Assembly (NCBI GenBank): GCA_046724475.1
Contig: JBKOVK010000039.1
Span: 1-53,805, forward strand
Direction of reading: 5' to 3'
Length of the DNA stretch: 53,805 nucleotides
Source of the DNA: Acidobacteriota bacterium
Lineage (GTDB): Bacteria; Acidobacteriota; Thermoanaerobaculia; UBA5066; Gp7-AA6
Positions 16,532-24,414 of the stretch are shown piece by piece. The notes beneath the pieces were generated by a model, which searched no databases, had not been told where the DNA came from, and worked only from the letters and a program-made list of their open reading frames with translations. The first letter of the stretch is position 1; the number at the start of each line of letters is the position of its first letter. Made by a program: the position numbers and the translations under genes.

Positions 16532-17722
16532 ATGGTCGGCGAAACGGCGGTCAGCCGGAGGTTTCGGGTCGGCCTGGTGGTCGTCATCGCGCTGTTCGCG
16601 ACGATGATCGGGATCTTCATGGTCGGACAGCGGGCCAACCTCTTCCGAAAGAAGTTCCCCTACTCGACGCACTTCGAGTCGGCGGCCGGCCTGGTCCCCG
16701 GCAACGTCGTGACTCTGAACGGCGTCGTCGTCGGCAACGTGCTCGAGGTCAATCTCTCCGGAGACCCGGCCGACCGCACCGTGCGCGTCAACTACGACGT
16801 CGTGCGCCGGGCCGGGCCGATGCTCCGCAAGGGGACGCGGGCTTCGATCAAGACGCGGGGGCTTCTGGGCGACAAGTACATCGAGCTCGCCGGCGGAACG
16901 GCGCAGGAGCCCGAGGTCCCGATCGGCGGGGAGATTCCGGCGGCGCCCGGCGCCGGCATCGAGAAGCTCCTCGAGGGCAGCGGCGACCTGCTCACGGATC
17001 TCTCGGCGATTGCCAAATCGCTCAAGGCGATCCTGGGCCGCACCGAGAAGGGAGAGGGCCTGCTCGGCTCGCTGACCTCCAACAGCGAGGAGAGCCGCCA
17101 GCTCGGCAACAGCTTCAACGACGCGCTGCACTCCTTGAACGCGATCCTGAAGAAGGTCGAGAGCGGCAAGGGCTTCGCGGGCCGGCTGCTCGTCGACGAG
17201 AAGTACGGCAAGGAAGCAGGCGACTCGCTGGCGGGCGCACTCCACTCGATCCAGACGCTGGTGGCGAAGATCGATGAGGGCGTTCGCTCGGGGAACGGAG
17301 CGATCCCCGCCCTCCTCTCGGACCCGGAAGGCAAGAAAAAGGTATACGAGCTGGTCGACAACCTGACCACGGCCGCGTCGAATCTCACTCTCATCACGCA
17401 GAACCTGCAGAAGGGAAACGGCACGATCCCCATCCTGCTCAACGATCCGCGCTTCGGCAAGGAGTTCACCGAAAACCTCCGGAGCTTCTCCGCGCACCTG
17501 GACTCGATCAGCCGCAAGCTCGACGAAGGCGACGGCACGGCCGGGAAGCTCATCAACGACCCCGCGATCTTCGACGCCGCGAACCGGCTGGTCGTGGGCG
17601 TCAACGAGTCCGCCTTCCTGCGCTGGCTCATCAAGGACCGCCAGAAGGCCGGGATCAAGAAGGAATACAACGACGCCCGGCGCGCCCTGACGGCCACGCC
17701 CCTGGCCACCGCAACGCCTTAG
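16532..17722 (+). CDS. mlaD: MlaD/MCE-family protein with long C-terminal helical extension
   Basis: It has an N-terminal TM helix, an MCE core (FESAAGLVPGNVVTLNGVVVGNV) and a repetitive helical C-terminus. It lies 6 nt after mlaF. Confidence 0.8.
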   Translation: MVGETAVSRRFRVGLVVVIALFATMIGIFMVGQRANLFRKKFPYSTHFESAAGLVPGNVVTLNGVVVGNVLEVNLSGDPADRTVRVNYDVVRRAGPMLRKGTRASIKTRGLLGDKYIELAGGTAQEPEVPIGGEIPAAPGAGIEKLLEGSGDLLTDLSAIAKSLKAILGRTEKGEGLLGSLTSNSEESRQLGNSFNDALHSLNAILKKVESGKGFAGRLLVDEKYGKEAGDSLAGALHSIQTLVAKIDEGVRSGNGAIPALLSDPEGKKKVYELVDNLTTAASNLTLITQNLQKGNGTIPILLNDPRFGKEFTENLRSFSAHLDSISRKLDEGDGTAGKLINDPAIFDAANRLVVGVNESAFLRWLIKDRQKAGIKKEYNDARRALTATPLATATP

Positions 17723-17726
17723 ACCT

Positions 17727-18689
17727 GTGAAGATCCTCATCACGGGCGGGGCCGGTTTCATCGGCTCGCATCTGGCGGACCGGCGGCTGACGCTGGGAGA
17801 CCGCGTCGTCGTCCTCGACGACTTCAACGACTTCTACGAGCCGGCGGTCAAGCGCGCCAACGTCGCGCCGCATCGGGGAAACCCGGCCTACCGTCTCGTC
17901 GAAGGCGACATCCGCGACCGCGGCCTCGTCCGGCGCCTTTTCGACGAAGAAAAGTTCGACGCCGTCGCGCATCTGGCGGCCCGGGCCGGTGTCCGGCCCT
18001 CGCTCGCCGAGCCCGTGCTCTACGAGGAGGTCAACTGCATCGGCACCCTCCACCTCCTGGAGGCGGCGATCGCCCACGGCAAGCCGCGGTTCATTTTCGC
18101 GTCCTCGTCGTCCGTGTACGGGATCAGCAAGCGCCTCCCCTTTGCCGAAGACGATCCCGTGGACTGCCCCATCTCGCCCTATGCGACGACCAAGAGGAGC
18201 GGCGAGCTCCAGGTCTTCAACGCCCACCACCTCCACGGCCTGCCGGCGGTGTGCCTGCGCTTCTTCACGGTCTACGGTCCGAGGCAGCGCCCGGAGATGG
18301 CGATCGCGCGTTTCATTCGCTGCTTGGAAGAGGGACGGACGATCCCCTTTCACGGCGACGGAAGCTCGCGCCGCGACTACACGTACATCGACGACATCGT
18401 CGACGGCGTGGAGGCCGCGCTCGACCGCGCGCTCGGTTTCGAGATCGTGAATCTCGGCGGCGCCCGGCCGGTGACGCTATCGGACCTGGTGCGGTTCCTC
18501 GAGAAGGCCACGGGACGGACCGCGCGCCTGGACCGGAAGCCCGATCAGCCGGGCGACGTGCCGGTGACCTACGCGTCGACCGAGAAAGCCGAGCGGCTGC
18601 TGGGCTTCAAGGCGCGCGTTCCGCTGGAAGAGGGTCTTCGGCGGTCGGTGGAATGGCACCGGGCCGCCGAAAGAAAGATGGCTCGATGA
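17727..18689 (+). CDS. NAD-dependent epimerase/dehydratase, UDP-glucuronate 4-epimerase-like
   Basis: It has the Rossmann motif GGAGFIGSH, the YxxxK motif (YATTKR), and RFFTVYGPRQRPEMAI plus RDYTYIDDIV as in UDP-GlcA 4-epimerases. The start is GTG. Confidence 0.8.
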   Translation: MKILITGGAGFIGSHLADRRLTLGDRVVVLDDFNDFYEPAVKRANVAPHRGNPAYRLVEGDIRDRGLVRRLFDEEKFDAVAHLAARAGVRPSLAEPVLYEEVNCIGTLHLLEAAIAHGKPRFIFASSSSVYGISKRLPFAEDDPVDCPISPYATTKRSGELQVFNAHHLHGLPAVCLRFFTVYGPRQRPEMAIARFIRCLEEGRTIPFHGDGSSRRDYTYIDDIVDGVEAALDRALGFEIVNLGGARPVTLSDLVRFLEKATGRTARLDRKPDQPGDVPVTYASTEKAERLLGFKARVPLEEGLRRSVEWHRAAERKMAR

Positions 18690-19984
18690 ACATCTGCATG
18701 GTCGGAACCGGATACGTCGGCCTCGTCACCGGGGCCTGCCTCGCGGACTTCGGAATGAACGTGGTCTGCGTCGACAAGGACGCCGAGAAGATCGCCACGC
18801 TCCAGCGGGGCGACATCCCGATCTACGAGCCCGGCCTCGAAGAGGTCGTATCGCGCAACGAGCGCGCCGGCCGGCTTCGCTTCACGACTGACTTGAAGGC
18901 CGGAATCGAGGAGGCGCTCGCGATCTTCATCGCGGTCGGGACGCCACCGAAAGCCGACGGCTCACCCGATCTGACCTTCGTGCGCCAGGTCGCCGAGGCA
19001 ATCGCCGAGCATATGAACGGCTACAAGGTCGTGGTGACCAAGTCCACGGTGCCCACCGGCACCGGCCGCATGATCGAGCAGATCATCAAGGATAAGAACG
19101 GGCGGCACGAGTTTTCGGTCGTCTCGAATCCCGAGTTTCTGCGCGAGGGCTCGGCCGTGTCGGATTTCCTGAGGCCCGACCGCGTCGTCATCGGCGCGAG
19201 CGACCCGCGCGCGATCGAGGTCCTGAAGGAGATCTACAGTCCGCTGTACCTCCTCGACACGCCGTTCGTGATCACCGACGTCGCCTCGGCGGAGCTGATC
19301 AAGTACGCTTCCAACGGTTTCCTGGCCGTGAAGATCTCGTTCATCAACGAGATCGCGCGCCTTTGCGAGCGGATGGGTGCCGATGTGCACGCCGTGGCGA
19401 AGGGCATGGGGCTGGACAAGCGGATTGGATCGAAGTTTCTGCACCCGGGTCCGGGATTCGGCGGCTCGTGCTTTCCCAAGGACACCTCGGCCGTGGCCGA
19501 CATCGCGCGGCAAAACGGCCACCCCTTCCGCATCATCGAGGCCACGATCCAGGCCAACGAGGAGACCAAGCGGCGGATGATCGAGAAGATCGCGGCGCTC
19601 GCGGGCTCGCTCTCGGGAAAGACCGCGGCCGTGTTGGGACTCTCCTTCAAGCCCGAGACCGACGACATCCGCGAGTCGCCGGCGCTCGCCGTGGTCGAGG
19701 ACCTGAAGAAGGCGGGCGTCACCGTCCGCGCCCACGATCCGGCGGCGATGACCAACGCGCGGGCGGTCCACCCCGACATCCACTACGCGAAGGACGCCTA
19801 CGACTGCGCCTCGGGCGCCGACTTCGTCGTGCTGGCGACCGAGTGGAACGCCTTCCGGGCGCTGGATCTCGCGCGCCTGGGCGCCGCTCTGCGCTCGAAG
19901 ACCATGATCGACCTGCGCAACGTCTACGAGCCCGCGGAGATGCGCCGGGCCGGCTGGAAGTACGTCGGCGTCGGGAGAGGCTGA
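18686..19984 (+). CDS. ugd: UDP-glucose 6-dehydrogenase
   Basis: It has [14 protein letters not shown], the catalytic [10 protein letters not shown] motif and [14 protein letters not shown]. The ATG overlaps the upstream stop (ATGA). Confidence 0.9.
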   Translation: MNICMVGTGYVGLVTGACLADFGMNVVCVDKDAEKIATLQRGDIPIYEPGLEEVVSRNERAGRLRFTTDLKAGIEEALAIFIAVGTPPKADGSPDLTFVRQVAEAIAEHMNGYKVVVTKSTVPTGTGRMIEQIIKDKNGRHEFSVVSNPEFLREGSAVSDFLRPDRVVIGASDPRAIEVLKEIYSPLYLLDTPFVITDVASAELIKYASNGFLAVKISFINEIARLCERMGADVHAVAKGMGLDKRIGSKFLHPGPGFGGSCFPKDTSAVADIARQNGHPFRIIEATIQANEETKRRMIEKIAALAGSLSGKTAAVLGLSFKPETDDIRESPALAVVEDLKKAGVTVRAHDPAAMTNARAVHPDIHYAKDAYDCASGADFVVLATEWNAFRALDLARLGAALRSKTMIDLRNVYEPAEMRRAGWKYVGVGRG

Positions 19985-19988
19985 CGGG

Positions 19989-20930
19989 ATGGCGATGCGG
20001 GTGCTGGTGACCGGCGGCGCCGGGTTCCTCGGGAGCCATCTCTGCGACCGGCTCCTCGTCGAGGGCCACGAGGTCATCGCCATGGACAACCTCCTGACGG
20101 GGAACATGCGCAACGTCGCGCACCTCCAGGAGGAGAGGCGCTTTCGCTTCGTGCGGCACAACGTAGCCGAGTTCGTCTTCGTCGACGGCCCGCTCGACGC
20201 CGTCCTCCACTTCGCGTCGCCGGCGTCCCCGATCGATTACCTCGAGCTTCCGATCCAGACGCTGAAGGTCGGCTCTCTCGGCACTCACAACGCGCTCGGC
20301 CTGGCGAAGGCCAAGAACGCTCGCTTCCTGCTGGCGTCGACGTCGGAGGTCTACGGCGATCCACTCGTCCACCCCCAACCCGAGACCTACTGGGGCAACG
20401 TCAACCCGATCGGGCCCCGCGGCGTGTACGACGAAGCCAAGCGCTTCGCGGAAGCGATCACGATGGCGTACCACCGGGCGCACGGCGTGGACACCCGGAT
20501 CGTCCGGATCTTCAACACCTACGGCGAGCGCATGCGGCCCCGCGACGGGCGCGTCGTGCCCGCCCTGATCGGACAGGCTCTCGCCGGCGAGCCGATGACG
20601 GTCTTCGGGGACGGTTTGCAGACCCGCTCGTTCTGCTACGTCTCGGACCTGATCGAGGGCATCCACCGGCTCCTGCTCTCGGACATTGCCGACCCGGTCA
20701 ACCTCGGAAACCCGGCCGAGCTCTCGGTGCTCGAGTTCGCGAAGACGATTCGCGCCCTGACCGGAGCGAAGAGCGAAATCGTCTTCAAGCCGCTGCCCGT
20801 CGACGACCCCAAGGTGCGCCAGCCCGACATCACGAAGGCGCGCGAGAAGCTGGGATGGGAGCCCCGCGTGCCCCTCGAGGAAGGCCTGAAGCGAACGATC
20901 GACTGGTTCCGGAGAAGGCCGGCCGACTGA
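19989..20930 (+). CDS. UDP-glucuronate decarboxylase (UDP-xylose synthase)
   Basis: It has [29 protein letters not shown] and [10 protein letters not shown], matching the UXS/ArnA-decarboxylase type of short-chain dehydrogenase (SDR). Confidence 0.85.
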   Translation: MAMRVLVTGGAGFLGSHLCDRLLVEGHEVIAMDNLLTGNMRNVAHLQEERRFRFVRHNVAEFVFVDGPLDAVLHFASPASPIDYLELPIQTLKVGSLGTHNALGLAKAKNARFLLASTSEVYGDPLVHPQPETYWGNVNPIGPRGVYDEAKRFAEAITMAYHRAHGVDTRIVRIFNTYGERMRPRDGRVVPALIGQALAGEPMTVFGDGLQTRSFCYVSDLIEGIHRLLLSDIADPVNLGNPAELSVLEFAKTIRALTGAKSEIVFKPLPVDDPKVRQPDITKAREKLGWEPRVPLEEGLKRTIDWFRRRPAD

Positions 20931-20945
20931 GACGGGCTGTTCCCG

Positions 20946-21179
20946 CTAGTCCCCGTCGCTCCCGATCGCCTCCACCGGGCACGAATCCTTGGCCTCCTGG
21001 CACTGCGCCTCTTCCTCGGACGATTCGGGTTGGCGAGAAACGTAGGAGTATCCCCGGTCTTCGCTGCGTTGAAAGTTGCCGGGGGCGGTGACGCGACAGA
21101 CGTCGCAGTCGATGCATTGCGCGTCCACGTAATACTTTCCGGGCACGTTTTCCATCACCCGGTCTTTCCGCTCGGCCAT
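20946..21179 (-). CDS. Small ferredoxin (single CxxCxxC...CP cluster)
   Basis: It has the cluster motif CIDCDVC...SCPVEAI. I prefer the start at ATG 21179 because a TAAGTT hexamer lies 10 nt upstream. ATG 21155 (MENVPGKYYVD) is an equally plausible start, and the TTG at 21218 in the track is unlikely. Confidence 0.7.
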   Translation of the reverse strand: MAERKDRVMENVPGKYYVDAQCIDCDVCRVTAPGNFQRSEDRGYSYVSRQPESSEEEAQCQEAKDSCPVEAIGSDGD

Positions 21180-21275
21180 GAGGGCGGGAAACTTAGCATG
21201 GCGCCCTTCGCGGTCCAAATGAACGTTGGGTCAAGAGTTCCGCCCGCCGAAAACGCGTGCGCTAGACTGCCCCGC

Positions 21276-21692
21276 GTGGGCAGAGCCGGCCTCGCCGCGC
21301 TTCTCCTCCTCGGCGCCGCCGCCTGCCGCCAGCAGCCGTTGCCCGAAGGAACGGCCGCCGACCGCGACATCGCCGCGGGCCGGCGCATCTTCGAGCGCAA
21401 GTGCGCCTCGTGCCACAACACCAACGGCGACGGCAAGACGATCGTCGCCGGGCACTTCCCGAACGCGAATCTGATCGACGGAATCTGGCGCTCGGACGGA
21501 AGCCCCGCGGCGATCGAAGCGCAGATCCGCCACGGCCACGACCCAATGCCGAAGTTCGAAGGTAAACTGACGGACGAGGAGATCCGCCAGACCGTGGCGT
21601 ACGTCTTCGTCCTGTCGCACCCGGATTCCGCTGCCTCCGTTCCGTCGCAGCCGGCTTCCCCTCCCCCCGCCGTCAACGCCGGAAAACCGTGA
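21276..21692 (+). CDS. Monoheme class I c-type cytochrome, exported
   Basis: It has a single CASCH motif and a distal PMPKF Met region. The GTG at 21276 gives the signal-like MGRAGLAALLLLGAAAC and has TAGACT 7 nt upstream. ATG 21219 is an alternative start. Confidence 0.75.
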   Translation: MGRAGLAALLLLGAAACRQQPLPEGTAADRDIAAGRRIFERKCASCHNTNGDGKTIVAGHFPNANLIDGIWRSDGSPAAIEAQIRHGHDPMPKFEGKLTDEEIRQTVAYVFVLSHPDSAASVPSQPASPPPAVNAGKP

Positions 21693-22330
21693 CCCGACGA
21701 CTTCCTCTCTTCCCGTTGCCGGGCGTCGTGCTGCTGCCGGGCACCACGCTTCCGCTCCACATCTTCGAGTCCCGCTATCGCGCGATGGTCGCCGACGCTC
21801 TGGCCGGAGACCGCACGATCGGCATGGCGATGTTGAAGCCGGGCTGGGAAGCGTCCGAGGAGGATCCGCGCATCTACTCGATCGGCGGCGCCGGCGAGAT
21901 CGTCGACTCCGAACAGCTCGACGACGGCCGGTACAACATCATCCTGGAGGGCCGCTTCCGCTACCGCGTCGTCGAAGAGTCCCCGGGCTCGCCCTATCGG
22001 ATCGCCCGGGTCGAGGAGATCCGCTCGGTCCCATTCTCGGATCCGGACCAGCAGACGCGCGTGCTGGCCGCCGCAACGGCCCTCTTCGGCGAAGTGGCGC
22101 GGGACCTGGAGCTCCCGCCGCTGCCGTCCGACGCGTTGTCCGCCGAGCGCCTCGCGTCCGAGATCGCGCTGCGCCTGCGCTACGCGCCACCCGAGCTGCA
22201 AACGCTCCTGGAGACCGACTCCGTCGAATCGAGGTTCGAGACGCTGGTGGGCCGGATGCTCGAGTGGAAAGGGCGGATGGAGTTCCTCTCCCCGTACCGT
22301 GCGCCGGACCTGGACCCCCGGCGGAATTGA
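21689..22330 (+). CDS. LON N-terminal (LON substrate-binding) domain protein
   Basis: It has LPLFPLPGVVLLPGTTLPLHIFESRYRAMV plus the DGRYNIILEGRFRYRV signature of stand-alone LON-N domain proteins. The GTG overlaps the upstream stop. Confidence 0.8.
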   Translation: MTRRLPLFPLPGVVLLPGTTLPLHIFESRYRAMVADALAGDRTIGMAMLKPGWEASEEDPRIYSIGGAGEIVDSEQLDDGRYNIILEGRFRYRVVEESPGSPYRIARVEEIRSVPFSDPDQQTRVLAAATALFGEVARDLELPPLPSDALSAERLASEIALRLRYAPPELQTLLETDSVESRFETLVGRMLEWKGRMEFLSPYRAPDLDPRRN

Positions 22331-22403
22331 CCGCGGCGGCGCCGGGCGCTCGCCGCGGTCATCCCGAGGGCCACCGGCCCGAGGGATCCCGAACTCGTCG
22401 AGC

Positions 22404-22858
22404 TTAGCGCCGCGGCCGGTGGGGACCGCGTCGAGGAACGTGGGCTCGAAGGAAGCCACCCGCCAGCCCGCCGGCGTCTCCTTCATGCGCGCGACGTGCC
22501 GAAAGGAGGCCGCCATCGCTCCGCCGATCCCGGTCGTGATCCCCGGAGGGTCGCAGAGCACGACCTGCTTCACCGTCAGCATGATCTCGCCGGTGGGGAC
22601 GGATTCGCGCCCCTCGATCGAGACGCGCTCGCCTCGGTAGGCATCCATCGGCGCCTTCAGGACGCCGCGCAGGATCTTCGACTCGACGATCTTCTTCGCC
22701 GCCTCGCCGTCGGTCATGGCGGCCGCGGCGGGCGTGTCCTCGCGCGCCCAGGCGTCGAGGAAGCGCTCGAGGACGCGGTCGGGCGCGCGGAGGACGATCT
22801 GCCGGTAGGCGACGAACGCGCCGCCTGCGGCCACGAGAAGCAGGACGATTCTTTTCAG
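22404..22858 (-). CDS. Hypothetical membrane-anchored small protein (alpha+beta, NTF2-like by eye); both ends unresolved
   Basis: The composition is protein-like for about 140 aa (..KRIVLLLVAAGGAFVAYRQIVLRAPDRVLERFLDAWARED...WRVASFEPTFLDAV). The only canonical start is GTG 22834, inside the TM helix, while CTG 22858 would give MKRIV.... The annotated frame has no stop until 21155. The end given here is the TAA at 22404-22406, which lies in a neighbouring frame (see findings). Confidence 0.4.
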
Positions 22859-22861
22859 AGC

Positions 22862-24364
22862 TTAATTCTGTGACGCGTTGAGCGCCCGCTCGTGCGCCCA
22901 GCTGCGGATCTGCTTGATCTGCTCTTCCATCGTGACCGCCAGCGGGACCGTCGCCGAGATCATCCGGTACATGTCGTCTTCGTTGAGCTCGCGCTTCTCG
23001 GCGTAGGCGTCGACGACGGCCGAGACGACCGCCTGCTCGATCTCGGCGCCGTTCCAGCCGTTGGTGGCCTTGGCGAGGAACACCAGGTCGAACTTCCCGA
23101 CGTCGCAGCGGTTCTTCTTCAGATGAATCGAGAAGATCTGCTTGCGCTCCTCCTCGTTCGGAAGGTCCACGAAGAAGACCTGGTCGAAGCGGCCCTTGCG
23201 GATGATCTCGGCGGGAAGCAGGTGGATCCGGTTGGCCGTCGCGGCGACGAAAACGAGCGCCGACTTTTCCTGCATCCACGTCAGGAAGCCCGAGAAGATG
23301 CGGGACATCGAGGCGTCCTGCCCCTCCCGGTATCCGCCCACGCCCATCTCGATCTCGTCGATCCAGAGCACGGCCGGCGACACCGCCTCCACGGCGCGCA
23401 GCGCCCGCAGAAACGTCATCTCCGGACTGTCCGTGCCGAAGACCGCGTTCATGTCGAGGCGGAAGAGAGGGAGGTTCCAGAGCGTCGAGATCGTCTTGAC
23501 GCAGAGGCTCTTGCCGCAGCCCGAGATCCCCATCAGCAGGATTCCCTTGGGGATCGGGATGCCCGCGTCCAGAGCGTCTTTCGAGAAGAGCTGCCGCCGT
23601 TTCTCCAGCCACGTCTTCAGGATCGAGTAGCCGCCGACGTCGTCGAGCGAGAAGCGCGGCGGGACGAACTCGAGGACGCCCTCCTTTCGCGACATCTGCT
23701 CCTTCTCGGCCAGGACCTCGAGGAACGCCGATTCGTCGAAGACCTTGCGGTTCGCGAAGACCTTGGACACGAGGTGGCCGATCTCGTCGGCCGTCAGGCC
23801 CCGCATCGCCAGCGAAAGGCGGCGCATCGCGGCGTCGCCGACGTCGATGCCGAGGCGCCTCTTGAGGTGGCCGTCGAGCAGCTTGCCGATCTCGTTGTCG
23901 TCGGGCAGCTCGTACTCGACGACGTAGATCTCCTTCTTCGCCTCCTCGGGAATCGCGAGCCGCGGCGAGACGAAGAGCACGTGGCGTCCCCGATCCTTCA
24001 GCGCGCGGTAGAGATCGCGGATCCGCCGCACGATTTCGGGCCGGCCGTCGGCGCCCGTCGGAAAATCCTTCAGCAGGTAGAAGCCCCGCCCCTGCGCTGC
24101 GAGGATCGCCTCGAGGGCGCGGACCGGATCCTGCGTCTCGGGCACCGGCATCCCGTCCACGACCAGGCCCTCGACGACCGACCAGACACCGTAGGGAGAC
24201 GGCGCGCCGTAGAACGTCTTGGCCAGGTGCTGTGCGAGACGCTCCACGCGCGTCTCCTCCCAGGTCAGGACGTAGAGAAGGGGATGGCCGCCCAGCAGCG
24301 CCTTGCGGATGCGCTCCATCGCCTTCGAGGGCGCGGCGACGGGCGCCGGCGCGGTGGTACTCAC
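22862..24364 (-). CDS. AAA+ family ATPase with degenerate N-terminal AAA-like domain
   Basis: 500 aa with Walker A GISGCGKS, Walker B VLWIDEIE, sensor-1 ATANR and the Arg-finger region RKGRFDQ. The N-terminal ~230 aa lack nucleotide-binding motifs. The start is GTG at 24364. Confidence 0.9.
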   Translation of the reverse strand: MSTTAPAPVAAPSKAMERIRKALLGGHPLLYVLTWEETRVERLAQHLAKTFYGAPSPYGVWSVVEGLVVDGMPVPETQDPVRALEAILAAQGRGFYLLKDFPTGADGRPEIVRRIRDLYRALKDRGRHVLFVSPRLAIPEEAKKEIYVVEYELPDDNEIGKLLDGHLKRRLGIDVGDAAMRRLSLAMRGLTADEIGHLVSKVFANRKVFDESAFLEVLAEKEQMSRKEGVLEFVPPRFSLDDVGGYSILKTWLEKRRQLFSKDALDAGIPIPKGILLMGISGCGKSLCVKTISTLWNLPLFRLDMNAVFGTDSPEMTFLRALRAVEAVSPAVLWIDEIEMGVGGYREGQDASMSRIFSGFLTWMQEKSALVFVAATANRIHLLPAEIIRKGRFDQVFFVDLPNEEERKQIFSIHLKKNRCDVGKFDLVFLAKATNGWNGAEIEQAVVSAVVDAYAEKRELNEDDMYRMISATVPLAVTMEEQIKQIRSWAHERALNASQN

Positions 24365-24370
24365 GCAGGG

Positions 24371-24406
24371 ATTGTAACAAGCCTCACGCGTGGGGGCGGT
24401 TACAAT
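24371..24406. promoter_or_regulatory. Divergent back-to-back -10 elements / 8-bp inverted repeat between the AAA+ ATPase and pentapeptide genes
   Basis: ATTGTAAC (24371-24378) and GTTACAAT (24399-24406) form a perfect inverted repeat with a 20-nt spacer. Each arm presents TACAAT toward its own gene, 6 nt from GTG 24364 and 8 nt from ATG 24415. Confidence 0.45.
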
Positions 24407-24414
24407 GGCCGCAC

